A DNA stretch of 64,000 nucleotides from an uncultured Bacteroidia bacterium. GTDB lineage: Bacteria; Bacteroidota; Bacteroidia; Bacteroidales; F082. The stretch is from positions 9,055 through 73,054 of the forward strand of contig CACXUM010000017.1 of NCBI GenBank assembly GCA_902770835.1, in the 5' to 3' direction. Shown here one piece after another: positions 44,103 through 52,915 of this stretch (the first letter of the stretch is position 1; each line of letters begins with the position of its first letter). A model generated the notes under the pieces. That model had not been told where the DNA came from and did no database searches. It saw nothing but the letters and a program-made list of their open reading frames with translations. Made by a program: the position numbers and the translations under genes.

Positions 44103-46442
44103 ATGTTTAATAAACGCAATAATAGATTTTGTAAGATTTTGAGAATTAGATTTTTGAATAATTTCTACACGAAGTGTATCCTCATATTATTTGGCTGTGT
44201 TTTATTAGCATCTTGTGCTCAAAAGCAAGACAACGTAGAGGTGTTGCTTTCGCAAATGACCCTCGAAGAGAAATGCGGCCAACTGACATGCCCCATAGGT
44301 TTCAATTTCTACGGCAATGATGGTGATTCACTTTGGCTCGCCGATGATTTCATTGGCATGATGGACACCTTGCCGTTAGGTTCCTGTTGGGCGGTGCTCC
44401 GTGCCGACCCTTGGTCAAGGAAGACTGTGGAAACTGGCTTGAAGCCTCGTGAGTCGGCGCGATTGCTGAACATGATGCAACGCCACGCCGTTGAGAACAC
44501 ACGTTTGGGCATTCCGCTTTTGTTTTGCGAAGAAACGCCCCACGGCCACATGGCTGTGGGTACGACCGTCTTCCCGACAGGAATAGGTCAAGCCAGCACT
44601 TGGGACCCCGCCTTGCTTGAACAAATGGGAGAGGTGATGGGGAAAGAGGTGCGTCTTCAAGGTGCACAAATCGGCTATGGCCCAGTTTTGGATATTGCCC
44701 GCGACCCACGCTGGTCGCGCGTGGAGGAAACCATGGGCGAAGACCCGTATCTTGCTGGCGTTTTGGGTGCTGCTGTCGTCAAGGGAATGCAGAAGAATGT
44801 CTATGCCACCTTGAAACATTTGGCAGCCTACGGCATCCCGCAAGGCGGGCACAATGCCGCCACAGCGGATGTGGGCCAGAATCGTTTGATGACGGATTAC
44901 CTGCCATCCTTTGAAAAAGCCATTCGCGAAGTCGGTGCCAAAACCGTGATGACTTCCTATAACGCCATCGATGGTGTGCCATGCTCCGCAAATCAATGGT
45001 TGCTTCAAGAAGTGTTGCGCAACTCGTGGGACTTCAAAGGTGTCGTTTTCTCCGACCTTAACGCCGTAAACGCCATCTATGCCACCCAACATGTGGCCGC
45101 CGACCCTGCCCAAGCCGCTGCCTTGGCCTTGAAAGCCGGTGTCGATATTGACTTGGGCGGCTATAATTACGGAGGTTTCCTGAAAGAAGCCTTGCAGCGC
45201 GGCCTCGTCACCGAAGCCGACATCGACCGTGCCGTGCGAAATGTCTTGCAACTGAAATTCGACCTCGGACTGTTTGAAAATCCGTATGTTGACGAGGCTT
45301 TGGCCGAGGCTGAAGTCGGAACGACGGAAAATGCTCAATTGGCCAAGCAAGTGGCCTTGGAATCAGCTGTTTTGCTGAAAAACGACGGCGTTTTGCCTTT
45401 CGGCGATAACATTAGAAAAGTGGCCGTCATCGGGCCGAATGCGGATAATATGTACAACCAACTCGGCGACTACACCGCCCCACAAGACCCCGACCGCATC
45501 GTGACCATGCTTGAAGGCATCCGTGAAAAGGGCAGGGCAGAGGTGCTTTACGTCAAAGGTTGCGCCATCCGCGACGAGAACGATGCCAATATTGACGAGG
45601 CAGTGAAAATCGCCAAGGCAGCAGATGTTGTGGTGTTTGTGGTGGGTGGTTCCTCTGCCCGCGACTTCAAGACAAGCTACGAGGAAACCGGTGCCGCCAT
45701 CGTGAACAACCTCATTTCCGACATGGACTGCGGCGAAGGCTACGACCGCTCCACTTTGAAACTGTTAGGCAAACAGGAAGAACTGATGCAGCGCATTTAC
45801 ACCACGGGCAAGCCTGTTGTCACCGTTTACATACAAGGCCGTCCCTTGGACATGAACCTTGCCGCTGAAAAATCCAATGTCCTGCTGTCATTGTGGTATC
45901 CCGGCATGGAAGGCGGTTCCGCCTTGGCCGACATCCTTTGGGGCGACTACAATCCCGCTGGGCGTCTGCCGATTTCCATACCACGCTCGGTGGGACAAAT
46001 TCCCGTTTATTATTCCCAACCTCAAACGGGCGATTATGTTGAGGAAACCGCCAAGCCACTTTATCCGTTTGGTTATGGCTTGAGTTATACCCAATTCGAA
46101 TACAGCGACTTGCAGGTTGAAACTGTATCCAAAATGGATACACTTTGCAAAGTCACCTGCCAAGTGAAAAACATTGGCACTCGTAATGGTGACGAAGTTG
46201 TTCAGCTTTATGTCCGAGACGAAGTGGCTTCCATTGCGCTCGCCTCCAAACTGTTGAAAGGCTTCCAAAAGGTGCTTATTAATAAAGGTGAAACCCGACA
46301 GGTGATTTTCTACCTCACCAAGCGCGATTTGTCCGTTTATTCCGCTGAAAAAGGCTGGCATTTTGAGGCTGGGGAATTTACAATGATGGTTGGAGGAAGT
46401 TCGAATGAAGGCCTTTTGCAGCATAGAATTTGGATAAAGTGA
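44103..46442 (+). CDS. Glycoside hydrolase family 3 (beta-glucosidase, BglX-like)
   Basis: GH3 motifs KHLAAYG and VMTSYNAIDG, a GVVFSDLNA-type region, and a C-terminal FN3-like domain. The first ATG after the repeat is used as the start. Confidence 0.85.
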   Translation: MFNKRNNRFCKILRIRFLNNFYTKCILILFGCVLLASCAQKQDNVEVLLSQMTLEEKCGQLTCPIGFNFYGNDGDSLWLADDFIGMMDTLPLGSCWAVLRADPWSRKTVETGLKPRESARLLNMMQRHAVENTRLGIPLLFCEETPHGHMAVGTTVFPTGIGQASTWDPALLEQMGEVMGKEVRLQGAQIGYGPVLDIARDPRWSRVEETMGEDPYLAGVLGAAVVKGMQKNVYATLKHLAAYGIPQGGHNAATADVGQNRLMTDYLPSFEKAIREVGAKTVMTSYNAIDGVPCSANQWLLQEVLRNSWDFKGVVFSDLNAVNAIYATQHVAADPAQAAALALKAGVDIDLGGYNYGGFLKEALQRGLVTEADIDRAVRNVLQLKFDLGLFENPYVDEALAEAEVGTTENAQLAKQVALESAVLLKNDGVLPFGDNIRKVAVIGPNADNMYNQLGDYTAPQDPDRIVTMLEGIREKGRAEVLYVKGCAIRDENDANIDEAVKIAKAADVVVFVVGGSSARDFKTSYEETGAAIVNNLISDMDCGEGYDRSTLKLLGKQEELMQRIYTTGKPVVTVYIQGRPLDMNLAAEKSNVLLSLWYPGMEGGSALADILWGDYNPAGRLPISIPRSVGQIPVYYSQPQTGDYVEETAKPLYPFGYGLSYTQFEYSDLQVETVSKMDTLCKVTCQVKNIGTRNGDEVVQLYVRDEVASIALASKLLKGFQKVLINKGETRQVIFYLTKRDLSVYSAEKGWHFEAGEFTMMVGGSSNEGLLQHRIWIK

Positions 46443-46483
46443 AGATTTTTGACCCTAAAAGTCGAGGGTAACAGACGATTTAC

Positions 46484-46491
46484 TATCTTTG
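46484..46491 (+). promoter_or_regulatory. -7 promoter box TATCTTTG (yebC-family operon)
   Basis: TAnnTTTG match 34 nt upstream of the ATG at 46525, followed by CCCTAAAATT as at the dnaE promoter. Confidence 0.5.
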
Positions 46492-46524
46492 CGCCCTAAA
46501 ATTAAAATTTCTAAAATCACAAAT

Positions 46525-47253
46525 ATGGGAAGAGCATTTGAATACCGCAAAGCGGCCAAATTGAAAAGATGGGGACACATGTCGAGAGTGTTCCCGAAAC
46601 TCGGAAAACTGATTACCATCGCTGCCAAGGAAGGCGGCCCCGACCCCGATATGAACCCCAAACTGCGCCAGGCCATCCAGAACGCCAAGGCGGAGAACAT
46701 GCCCAAGGACAACATCGATGCCGCCATCAAGCGTGCCACCGACAAGGACGCTGCCAACCTCGTTGAAATCTGCTACGAAGGCAAAGGCCCCTACGGCATA
46801 CAGTGCATGGTGGAGTGCGCCACCGACAACACCACGCGCACCGTGGCCAACGTGAAGTCGTACTTCAACAAATGCGGCGGCTCGTTCCTGCCCATCGGCT
46901 CATTGGAATTCATGTTCACGCGCAAGGCCGTCTTCGAAATCGAGATGCCTGCCGGCATGGACAAAGACGAACTGGAACTTGAACTCATCGACTACGGTTT
47001 GGACGAAATCGTCACCGAGACCGACGAAGAGGAAGGCACCACAACGACCACCGTCTATACCGCTTGGACCGACTACGGCACCATGCACGATGCCCTCGAA
47101 GAGCGCAAAATCAACATTGTGAAGGCCAATTTGCAGCGTTTCCCCAACCAGACCGTCAGTTTCACCGACGAGCAGATGGTGGAAATCGAGAAGTTCCTCG
47201 ACAAAATCGATGAGGACGAAGACGTGCAGGCCGTTTACACAAATATGGAATAA
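46525..47253 (+). CDS. YebC/PmpR family DNA-binding regulator
   Basis: MGRAFEYRKAAKLKRWGHMSRVF...NMPKDNIDAAIKRA is the canonical YebC N-terminus. Confidence 0.9.
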   Translation: MGRAFEYRKAAKLKRWGHMSRVFPKLGKLITIAAKEGGPDPDMNPKLRQAIQNAKAENMPKDNIDAAIKRATDKDAANLVEICYEGKGPYGIQCMVECATDNTTRTVANVKSYFNKCGGSFLPIGSLEFMFTRKAVFEIEMPAGMDKDELELELIDYGLDEIVTETDEEEGTTTTTVYTAWTDYGTMHDALEERKINIVKANLQRFPNQTVSFTDEQMVEIEKFLDKIDEDEDVQAVYTNME

Positions 47254-47276
47254 CGAATCATATAACAATAGGAATA

Positions 47277-47999
47277 ATGAGTTGGCAAGAATCATTAACC
47301 GAAAAACTGACCACCTACGCTGGAGAAGAGTTTGAATATATCGAAACCACCAACATCAACGAGGCCTCCAAATTGAACCACACGCACAAGGGTATCTACA
47401 TGGAAGCCACGATTATCTATTTCGAAATCAAGAACTTATCCTATCTTCTCAAGGAAAACGGCAGACGCAAGACGGCGCAGTCCTACACCATGTGCAAGGA
47501 TGTGCTTGCCGCCATCGCCGAGCAGAATGGTGGCTTTGTCAATTGCTTCTCGTCGTATGGTTTCCTCGTTGTTTTTCCCGGCAAGGAAGAATCCATCAAG
47601 AGGGCCGTCAAGAGTGCAATGCAGATTTCACAAGCCATCAGTGAAACCTTCAAGAAGCAGTTTGCCATCAATGAAGGAATGGAGTTTGCCATGGGTCTCG
47701 ACCAAGGTCACATCATGGGCACAAAGAACATGTCCGACAACGGCGACGAGCATATCACATGGTTTGGAACCAGCATCCTCAAGGCCATGAGGATTTGCAA
47801 GGAATGTGCCCGTCCGTTCTATGTAGGCATTTCCAGCCTCATCTACCACAGCCTTGGCGAAGACCTTCGTATGACCTCGCGCCGTATCCTTGGCATCAAG
47901 AAGACCGTTGAGATTTGGACCAAAGTCACCTATCAGTACGAGAACGTCAAGAAGCACCTCTACCAAACCAACCACAAAATTCCGTTGGATGCAGAATAA
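47277..47999 (+). CDS. Hypothetical protein with a degenerate class III nucleotidyl-cyclase-like domain
   Basis: The pattern ATIIYFEIKN...GGFVNCFSSYGFLVVFPG...AVKSAMQI...GLDQGHIMG...WFGTSILKAMRI parallels the cyclase homology domain, but both metal-binding Asp positions are substituted. Confidence 0.35.
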   Translation: MSWQESLTEKLTTYAGEEFEYIETTNINEASKLNHTHKGIYMEATIIYFEIKNLSYLLKENGRRKTAQSYTMCKDVLAAIAEQNGGFVNCFSSYGFLVVFPGKEESIKRAVKSAMQISQAISETFKKQFAINEGMEFAMGLDQGHIMGTKNMSDNGDEHITWFGTSILKAMRICKECARPFYVGISSLIYHSLGEDLRMTSRRILGIKKTVEIWTKVTYQYENVKKHLYQTNHKIPLDAE

Positions 48000-48029
48000 T
48001 AATTGCCTAAAACCTGCGTTAGTTTCCAA

Positions 48030-49259
48030 ATGAGATTACCAAGGCAGTTATTTCGTATCTTATTGATTATCACATCAACAATAGCCGCTTGCCCGATTTA
48101 TGGGCAAGTGCGCTATTCTTTTTTCACGCCCGAAGTCGAAGCCATTTGCCAAAACGCCCTTGAATACATCCGCATCAAGCAGTCGCTCACCTTGCAGCAA
48201 TACCAAATCAGCCAAGATGTCGAGCAATTGCGCAACACTATCGAAATCCTCAACCGACACCTTGAGCAAACCCTTGACGAACAGGAGGTTGTGGAATCGG
48301 AATTGGCAGCCATCAACCGCCACATCGACTCGATTACGCCCAAACGCCCCGATGGGCCAAGACCCAAGGTGAACATCATCGACATCCTCAGCGAAAGGCT
48401 TTCGTTTCATGGCAACTATGGCCTGAACATCAACCAATTGGCACTCTCGAACTGGGCAGCAGGTGGCGAAAACTCATGGGCGGGCAAAGCCTTTGCCAAC
48501 TTTTCTCTTGTTTATCACAAAAAGCGGTTTGAGCAGAAATTCATCGGCTCGTTTGCTTTCGGCATTTCCCGTTTTGCCGACAAACGTCTTGAAAAACAAG
48601 ATGATAAGATTGATTTGACCTATTCCTTGTCGCTCAACAGCAAAAGTCGATGGAATATCACCACCGTGGCCACCTTCAACACGCAGTTTGCCGACGGCTA
48701 CAAGTATCCCAACGACTCCACCGTGATTTCCACCTTTTTCGCTCCCGCATACCTCACGCTTTCAGCAGGTTACACCTACAAAACGAAGAACGAGCGTTTC
48801 CAAATCTTCCTGAGTCCGATGGCCGGCAAGGTCACTTTCGTGTTCAACCAAGACTTGGCTGATGCGGGCAATTTCGGCGTGAAAAAAGGCTATTATGACC
48901 AAGACGGCAATTGGATTCCGGGCGAGAACATCGCTGCTGCCTTGGGTGTCAACGTCATCATCAACTACAAGCAACCCATTGGGAAGAGCATCACCTATTT
49001 GACCCTGCTCAACGGGTTCTACAACTACACTGAAAAGCGCGACGACGACCTTCTCAGGCTCGACTTCAATTGGGAGAACACTATCAACTTTGCCATTAGC
49101 AAGCACCTGACAACCATTTTGTTCGTCAACCTGAAATACGACCACAACACCACTTTCCCCGTCTACGAAACCATCGAAGGCGAGGAAACCGTGGTCGACA
49201 ATGTGCCCAAACTCCAGCTGAAGGAATCGATAGGTATCGCTTTTGTGCATAATTTTTAA
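48030..49259 (+). CDS. DUF3078 domain outer-membrane protein
   Basis: Signal peptide, a coiled-coil N-terminus, and the LSNWAAGGENSW signature followed by beta-barrel-like alternating segments. Confidence 0.75.
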   Translation: MRLPRQLFRILLIITSTIAACPIYGQVRYSFFTPEVEAICQNALEYIRIKQSLTLQQYQISQDVEQLRNTIEILNRHLEQTLDEQEVVESELAAINRHIDSITPKRPDGPRPKVNIIDILSERLSFHGNYGLNINQLALSNWAAGGENSWAGKAFANFSLVYHKKRFEQKFIGSFAFGISRFADKRLEKQDDKIDLTYSLSLNSKSRWNITTVATFNTQFADGYKYPNDSTVISTFFAPAYLTLSAGYTYKTKNERFQIFLSPMAGKVTFVFNQDLADAGNFGVKKGYYDQDGNWIPGENIAAALGVNVIINYKQPIGKSITYLTLLNGFYNYTEKRDDDLLRLDFNWENTINFAISKHLTTILFVNLKYDHNTTFPVYETIEGEETVVDNVPKLQLKESIGIAFVHNF

Positions 49260-49269
49260 AACATTGGAA

Positions 49270-50151
49270 ATGAATATATTAGTAACAGGCTGTAAAGGCC
49301 AATTAGGAACTGAACTTCAGAAAATCGCTGCAAGGGGCACGCAACATCGATGGACTTTCACCGATGTTGACACCTTGGACATTTGCGACAAGGCTGCCGT
49401 TGAACGCTGCTTTGCAGAAAACCAAATTGAAGCCTGCATCAACTGCGCGGCCTATACTGCCGTCGACAAGGCCGAGGACGAACCAGCATTGGCCGAAAAA
49501 ATCAATGCCTACGCGCCTCAAGTGTTGGCCGAAACCTGCCTGAAACACAAGGCTTTGCTGATTCATGTCTCCACCGACTATGTCTTTGGCGGCGATGCCA
49601 ACGAGCCTTACAAGGTGGACGATGCCATCAATCCGCAATCGGTGTACGGCAAGACCAAGGCCGAGGGCGAAAGGCTCATACGAGAGAGCGGCTGCAACCA
49701 CATGATTGTGCGCACGGCCTGGCTTTATTCATCCGTTGGAAAGAACTTCGTGAAAACCATGCTCATGCTCGGCGACACGAAAGACGAAATCAATGTGGTG
49801 GCCGACCAAAAAGGTTGTCCCACATGGGCTTACGACTTGGCCGTTGCCCTTGTGACCTTGCTCAACAAGAACAGCAAGAATGAAATCCACGAGACTTTCC
49901 ACTTCACTAACGAGGGGCAAATCACATGGCACGACTTCGCAACCGCTATCATGGAAATAGGCGGAAAGTGTTGCAAAGTGAACCCGATAACGACTGACCA
50001 ATATCCCACCAAGGCCAAACGACCTGCTTATAGTGTGCTGGATTTGAGCAAGATAAAGGATTACGGTGGGATTGAGATACCATACTGGAGGGATAGTTTA
50101 ATCAAGTGTATTGAAGAAATATATTCTGGATTGCTTCGTTCCTCGCAATGA
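49270..50151 (+). CDS. rfbD: dTDP-4-dehydrorhamnose reductase
   Basis: MNILVTGCKGQLG Rossmann start, a STDYVFGG motif and a YGKTK catalytic motif. The last 7 codons lie in a repeat element. Confidence 0.9.
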   Translation: MNILVTGCKGQLGTELQKIAARGTQHRWTFTDVDTLDICDKAAVERCFAENQIEACINCAAYTAVDKAEDEPALAEKINAYAPQVLAETCLKHKALLIHVSTDYVFGGDANEPYKVDDAINPQSVYGKTKAEGERLIRESGCNHMIVRTAWLYSSVGKNFVKTMLMLGDTKDEINVVADQKGCPTWAYDLAVALVTLLNKNSKNEIHETFHFTNEGQITWHDFATAIMEIGGKCCKVNPITTDQYPTKAKRPAYSVLDLSKIKDYGGIEIPYWRDSLIKCIEEIYSGLLRSSQ

Positions 50152-50320
50152 CGCAAAGCGATGCAAAAATCAAGCCCCGAAATCGAAGATTCGACGAAGT
50201 CAATGGGCGACACTATCACAACGGGGATTTAATCCCCGCCCGACCAGCCCCGTAGGGGCGACACATCAGTAAGCAGACGACGTAAGTCCCTGCCCTATCA
50301 AGACAAACAACCAACAAAAA
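50129..50320. repeat. Dispersed repeat, copy C, plus a hairpin-rich intergenic block
   Basis: GGATTGCTTCGTTCCTCGCAATGAC head. Hairpins GGGGATTTAATCCCC and GCCCCGTAGGGGC, and a duplicated GGGCGACAC. Confidence 0.6.
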
Positions 50321-50329
50321 TATAACATC

Positions 50330-52051
50330 ATGGATCCTAAAATAATCGAAAGAGCAAAATCGTGGCTCACAGAGCAATACGATGAAGAAACAAGAAAGAG
50401 CGTGCAAAACATGCTCGACAACGACCCTAACGAACTCACTGAGAGCTTCTACCGCAACCTCGAGTTCGGCACTGGCGGACTGCGTGGCATCATGGGTGCC
50501 GGCACCAACCGCATGAACATCTACACCGTGGCCATGGCCACACAAGGCTTCGCCAACTACATCAAGAAGATGAACCCCGACAAGAAGGACTTGAGCGTCG
50601 CCATTTCATACGATGGCCGCAACAACAGCCCCGCCTTCGCCAACGTTACAGCCGATGTGATGTCGGCCAACGGCATCAAGGTCTACATCTTTGATTGTCT
50701 GCGTCCTACGCCAGAACTTTCCTTCGCCGTGCGCGAAATGAAATGCGACGCTGGTGTGATGGTGACCGCTTCGCACAACCCCAAGGAATACAACGGCTAC
50801 AAGGCTTATTGGAACGACGGCGGACAATTAGTCAGCCCGCACGACAAGAACGTCATTGCCGAGGTCGAGAAAATCACCGACCCCTCGATGGTGAACTTCA
50901 AGCGCAACCCTGACCTCATTACCGTTTTGGACGAGAAGTTTGACGACATCTATTTAAATAAAGTGTACGGCCTTTCCCTCTCGCTCGACCTCATCAAGAA
51001 GCACAAGGATTTGAAGATTGTCTACACCCCGATTCATGGCACGGGTCGCCGCTTGGTGCCCGAAATCCTGAAGATGAAAGGTTTCGAGAATGTGTATTGC
51101 GTTGAGGAACAAATGGTTGTGGACGGCAACTTCCCCACCGTGAAGTCACCCAACCCCGAAGAACCTGCCGCTATGGCATTGGCCGTCAATAAAGCCAAGG
51201 AGCTGAACGCCGACCTCGTCATGGCCACCGACCCCGACGCCGACCGCGTTGGCATCGCCGTGAAAGACGACAAGGGCGAGTTTATCTTGCTCAACGGCAA
51301 CCAAACCGCCAGTCTTTTTGTCTACTACTTGCTTCGCCGTTGGAGCGAGTTGGGCAAACTCACTGGAAAAGAGTACATTGTGAAGACCATCGTCACCACT
51401 GAACTGTTGTTTGAGATGGCCAAAAAGTACAATGTGGACCGCTACGACGTGCTGACTGGCTTCAAGTACATCGCCGATAAAATCCATGAACTTGAAGGAA
51501 AGAAGCAATTCATCGGCGGCGGCGAGGAAAGCTATGGCTACCTTGCAGGCGATTTCGTCCGCGACAAGGATGCCGTCATTGCCACGAGCATGGTGGCCGA
51601 AGCCGCTGCTTGGGCAGCCGAGCAGGGCAAGACCCTCTACCAAGTGCTCATGGACATCTACAACGAGTTTGGCCTTTACAGGGAGAAACTCGTTTCGTTG
51701 ACCAAGAAAGGCATCAGCGGCACCGAGGAAATAAAGGCCATGATGGAACGCCTCCGCAACACGCCACCCACTGACATCGAAGGCGATAAGGTGGTTGAAA
51801 TCCGCGACTATAAGTTGCAGCAGGCCAAAGACTTGCAAACGGGCAAAGTCACGCCTATCGCATTGCCCAAGAGCGATGTGCTTCAATTCTTTACTGAAAG
51901 TGGTTCGAAGATTACGGTGCGTCCTTCAGGCACCGAGCCGAAAATCAAGTTCTATTTCGGCATGAAGGGCGACGTGAAAAACGGCCTCGAACAAGCCATG
52001 AAGACGCTTGACGACAAATTGGAGAAAGCAGCCAAACTATTGACAACCTGA
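50330..52051 (+). CDS. Phosphoglucomutase/phosphomannomutase family protein
   Basis: Active-site TASHNPKEYNGYK and metal loop DPDADR. 573 aa. Confidence 0.9.
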   Translation: MDPKIIERAKSWLTEQYDEETRKSVQNMLDNDPNELTESFYRNLEFGTGGLRGIMGAGTNRMNIYTVAMATQGFANYIKKMNPDKKDLSVAISYDGRNNSPAFANVTADVMSANGIKVYIFDCLRPTPELSFAVREMKCDAGVMVTASHNPKEYNGYKAYWNDGGQLVSPHDKNVIAEVEKITDPSMVNFKRNPDLITVLDEKFDDIYLNKVYGLSLSLDLIKKHKDLKIVYTPIHGTGRRLVPEILKMKGFENVYCVEEQMVVDGNFPTVKSPNPEEPAAMALAVNKAKELNADLVMATDPDADRVGIAVKDDKGEFILLNGNQTASLFVYYLLRRWSELGKLTGKEYIVKTIVTTELLFEMAKKYNVDRYDVLTGFKYIADKIHELEGKKQFIGGGEESYGYLAGDFVRDKDAVIATSMVAEAAAWAAEQGKTLYQVLMDIYNEFGLYREKLVSLTKKGISGTEEIKAMMERLRNTPPTDIEGDKVVEIRDYKLQQAKDLQTGKVTPIALPKSDVLQFFTESGSKITVRPSGTEPKIKFYFGMKGDVKNGLEQAMKTLDDKLEKAAKLLTT

Positions 52052-52073
52052 TAGTTAAAACATTGATAAAAAA

Positions 52074-52099
52074 GCGGAAAAATATTTTTCCGCTTTTTT
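52074..52099 (+). terminator. Intrinsic terminator after the phosphosugar mutase gene
   Basis: Stem GCGGAAAAA/TTTTTCCGC followed by T6. Confidence 0.8.
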
Positions 52100-52122
52100 A
52101 TTGTTCGTATTGAATTTTTCTC

Positions 52123-52130
52123 TACTTTTG
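52123..52130 (+). promoter_or_regulatory. -7 promoter box TACTTTTG (tRNA-Met)
   Basis: TAnnTTTG match 14 nt upstream of the tRNA 5' end. Confidence 0.55.
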
Positions 52131-52143
52131 CAACCCGAAAGAC

Positions 52144-52217
52144 GGCGGGGTAGCTCAGTTGGTTAGAGCGTCGGATTCATAACCCGGAGGTCATGAGTTC
52201 AATTCTCATCCCCGCTA
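52144..52217 (+). tRNA. tRNA-Met (anticodon CAT; elongator type, tRNA-Ile2 not excluded)
   Basis: GGCGGGGTAGCTCAGTTGGTTAGAGC...TTCATAA...GGTCATGAGTTCAATTCTCATCCCCGCTA folds as a cloverleaf. Confidence 0.85.
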
Positions 52218-52222
52218 CTTTG

Positions 52223-52248
52223 AAGCAAGGTGAAAGCCTTGCTTTTTT
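52223..52248 (+). terminator. Intrinsic terminator after tRNA-Met
   Basis: Stem AAGCAAGG/CCTTGCTT running into T6. Confidence 0.8.
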
Positions 52249-52299
52249 CGTTTATCGACACAAAATCACGCTTTTTATTTGAGAAACGGATTTTCTTTG

Positions 52300-52307
52300 T
52301 ACCTTTG
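52300..52307 (+). promoter_or_regulatory. -7 promoter box TACCTTTG (SH3 lipoprotein)
   Basis: TAnnTTTG match 32 nt upstream of the ATG at 52339. Confidence 0.5.
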
Positions 52308-52338
52308 TCGGACAAAACGCCATCAAAAACGACTTTTT

Positions 52339-52914
52339 ATGAAAAGATTTTGGTATGCTGCGACAATTGCGATAACCTTGGGTTGGGCTTGCTGCTCATG
52401 TGAAGGGAAAAGCAACAAAAACGAGAACGATGCGCCTTCGGAAACAGAACTGAACGATGATTCCGACACCGACATTGCGGAAATGGAAACAGACACATAC
52501 GATGAAGAGGCCGATGGCGACCCGAAAATCAAGGCCGCTTCCGTCGACCACATGAAAATGGTCATCGACAGCCGTGGGAATGTGGTTGGAAGATATGTGC
52601 GTACCAACCGTACCTCATACACCGTCGCCGTGCAAGACGACGTAGAGATTCCGAAAATCGGACATAAAATCGTGATTTACAGTGCCAAAAACGGCCAAGG
52701 CGTGCTTTTCACCCATAGGACGCACGTCAACATTAGGACACAACCCAAGTTAGAGTCACCAGTAATTACCCAGATTTCATACGACAAAGAAAAAACCCCG
52801 GAAACCTACCCGTGCTTGGGCAAGACCCGAGGTTGGTACAAAATCCGCGTGAAAGGTGCCGTTGGCTATGTGCGCCACGACCTTGTGGAATGGGACGGGA
52901 TGGATTCCTTCTAA
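52339..52914 (+). CDS. Lipoprotein with an acidic linker and a C-terminal bacterial SH3-like domain
   Basis: MKRFWYAATIAITLGWACCSC lipobox. The C-terminus VNIRTQP...GWYKIRVKGAVGYVRHDLV resembles SH3b. Confidence 0.6.
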   Translation: MKRFWYAATIAITLGWACCSCEGKSNKNENDAPSETELNDDSDTDIAEMETDTYDEEADGDPKIKAASVDHMKMVIDSRGNVVGRYVRTNRTSYTVAVQDDVEIPKIGHKIVIYSAKNGQGVLFTHRTHVNIRTQPKLESPVITQISYDKEKTPETYPCLGKTRGWYKIRVKGAVGYVRHDLVEWDGMDSF

Positions 52915-52915
52915 A

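Noticed and set aside
47277-47999. Cyclase-like protein as a Pycsar- or CBASS-type antiphage cyclase
   Set aside because: There is no effector gene (TIR, TM or cNMP-binding) next to it, both catalytic Asp positions are substituted, and it sits in a housekeeping-looking operon. It is kept only as a degenerate-cyclase finding.
52144-52217. tRNA(CAT) as the initiator tRNA-fMet
   Set aside because: The anticodon stem lacks the three consecutive G-C pairs, and position 1-72 is a G-U pair rather than a C-A mismatch. Elongator Met (or Ile2) is more likely.
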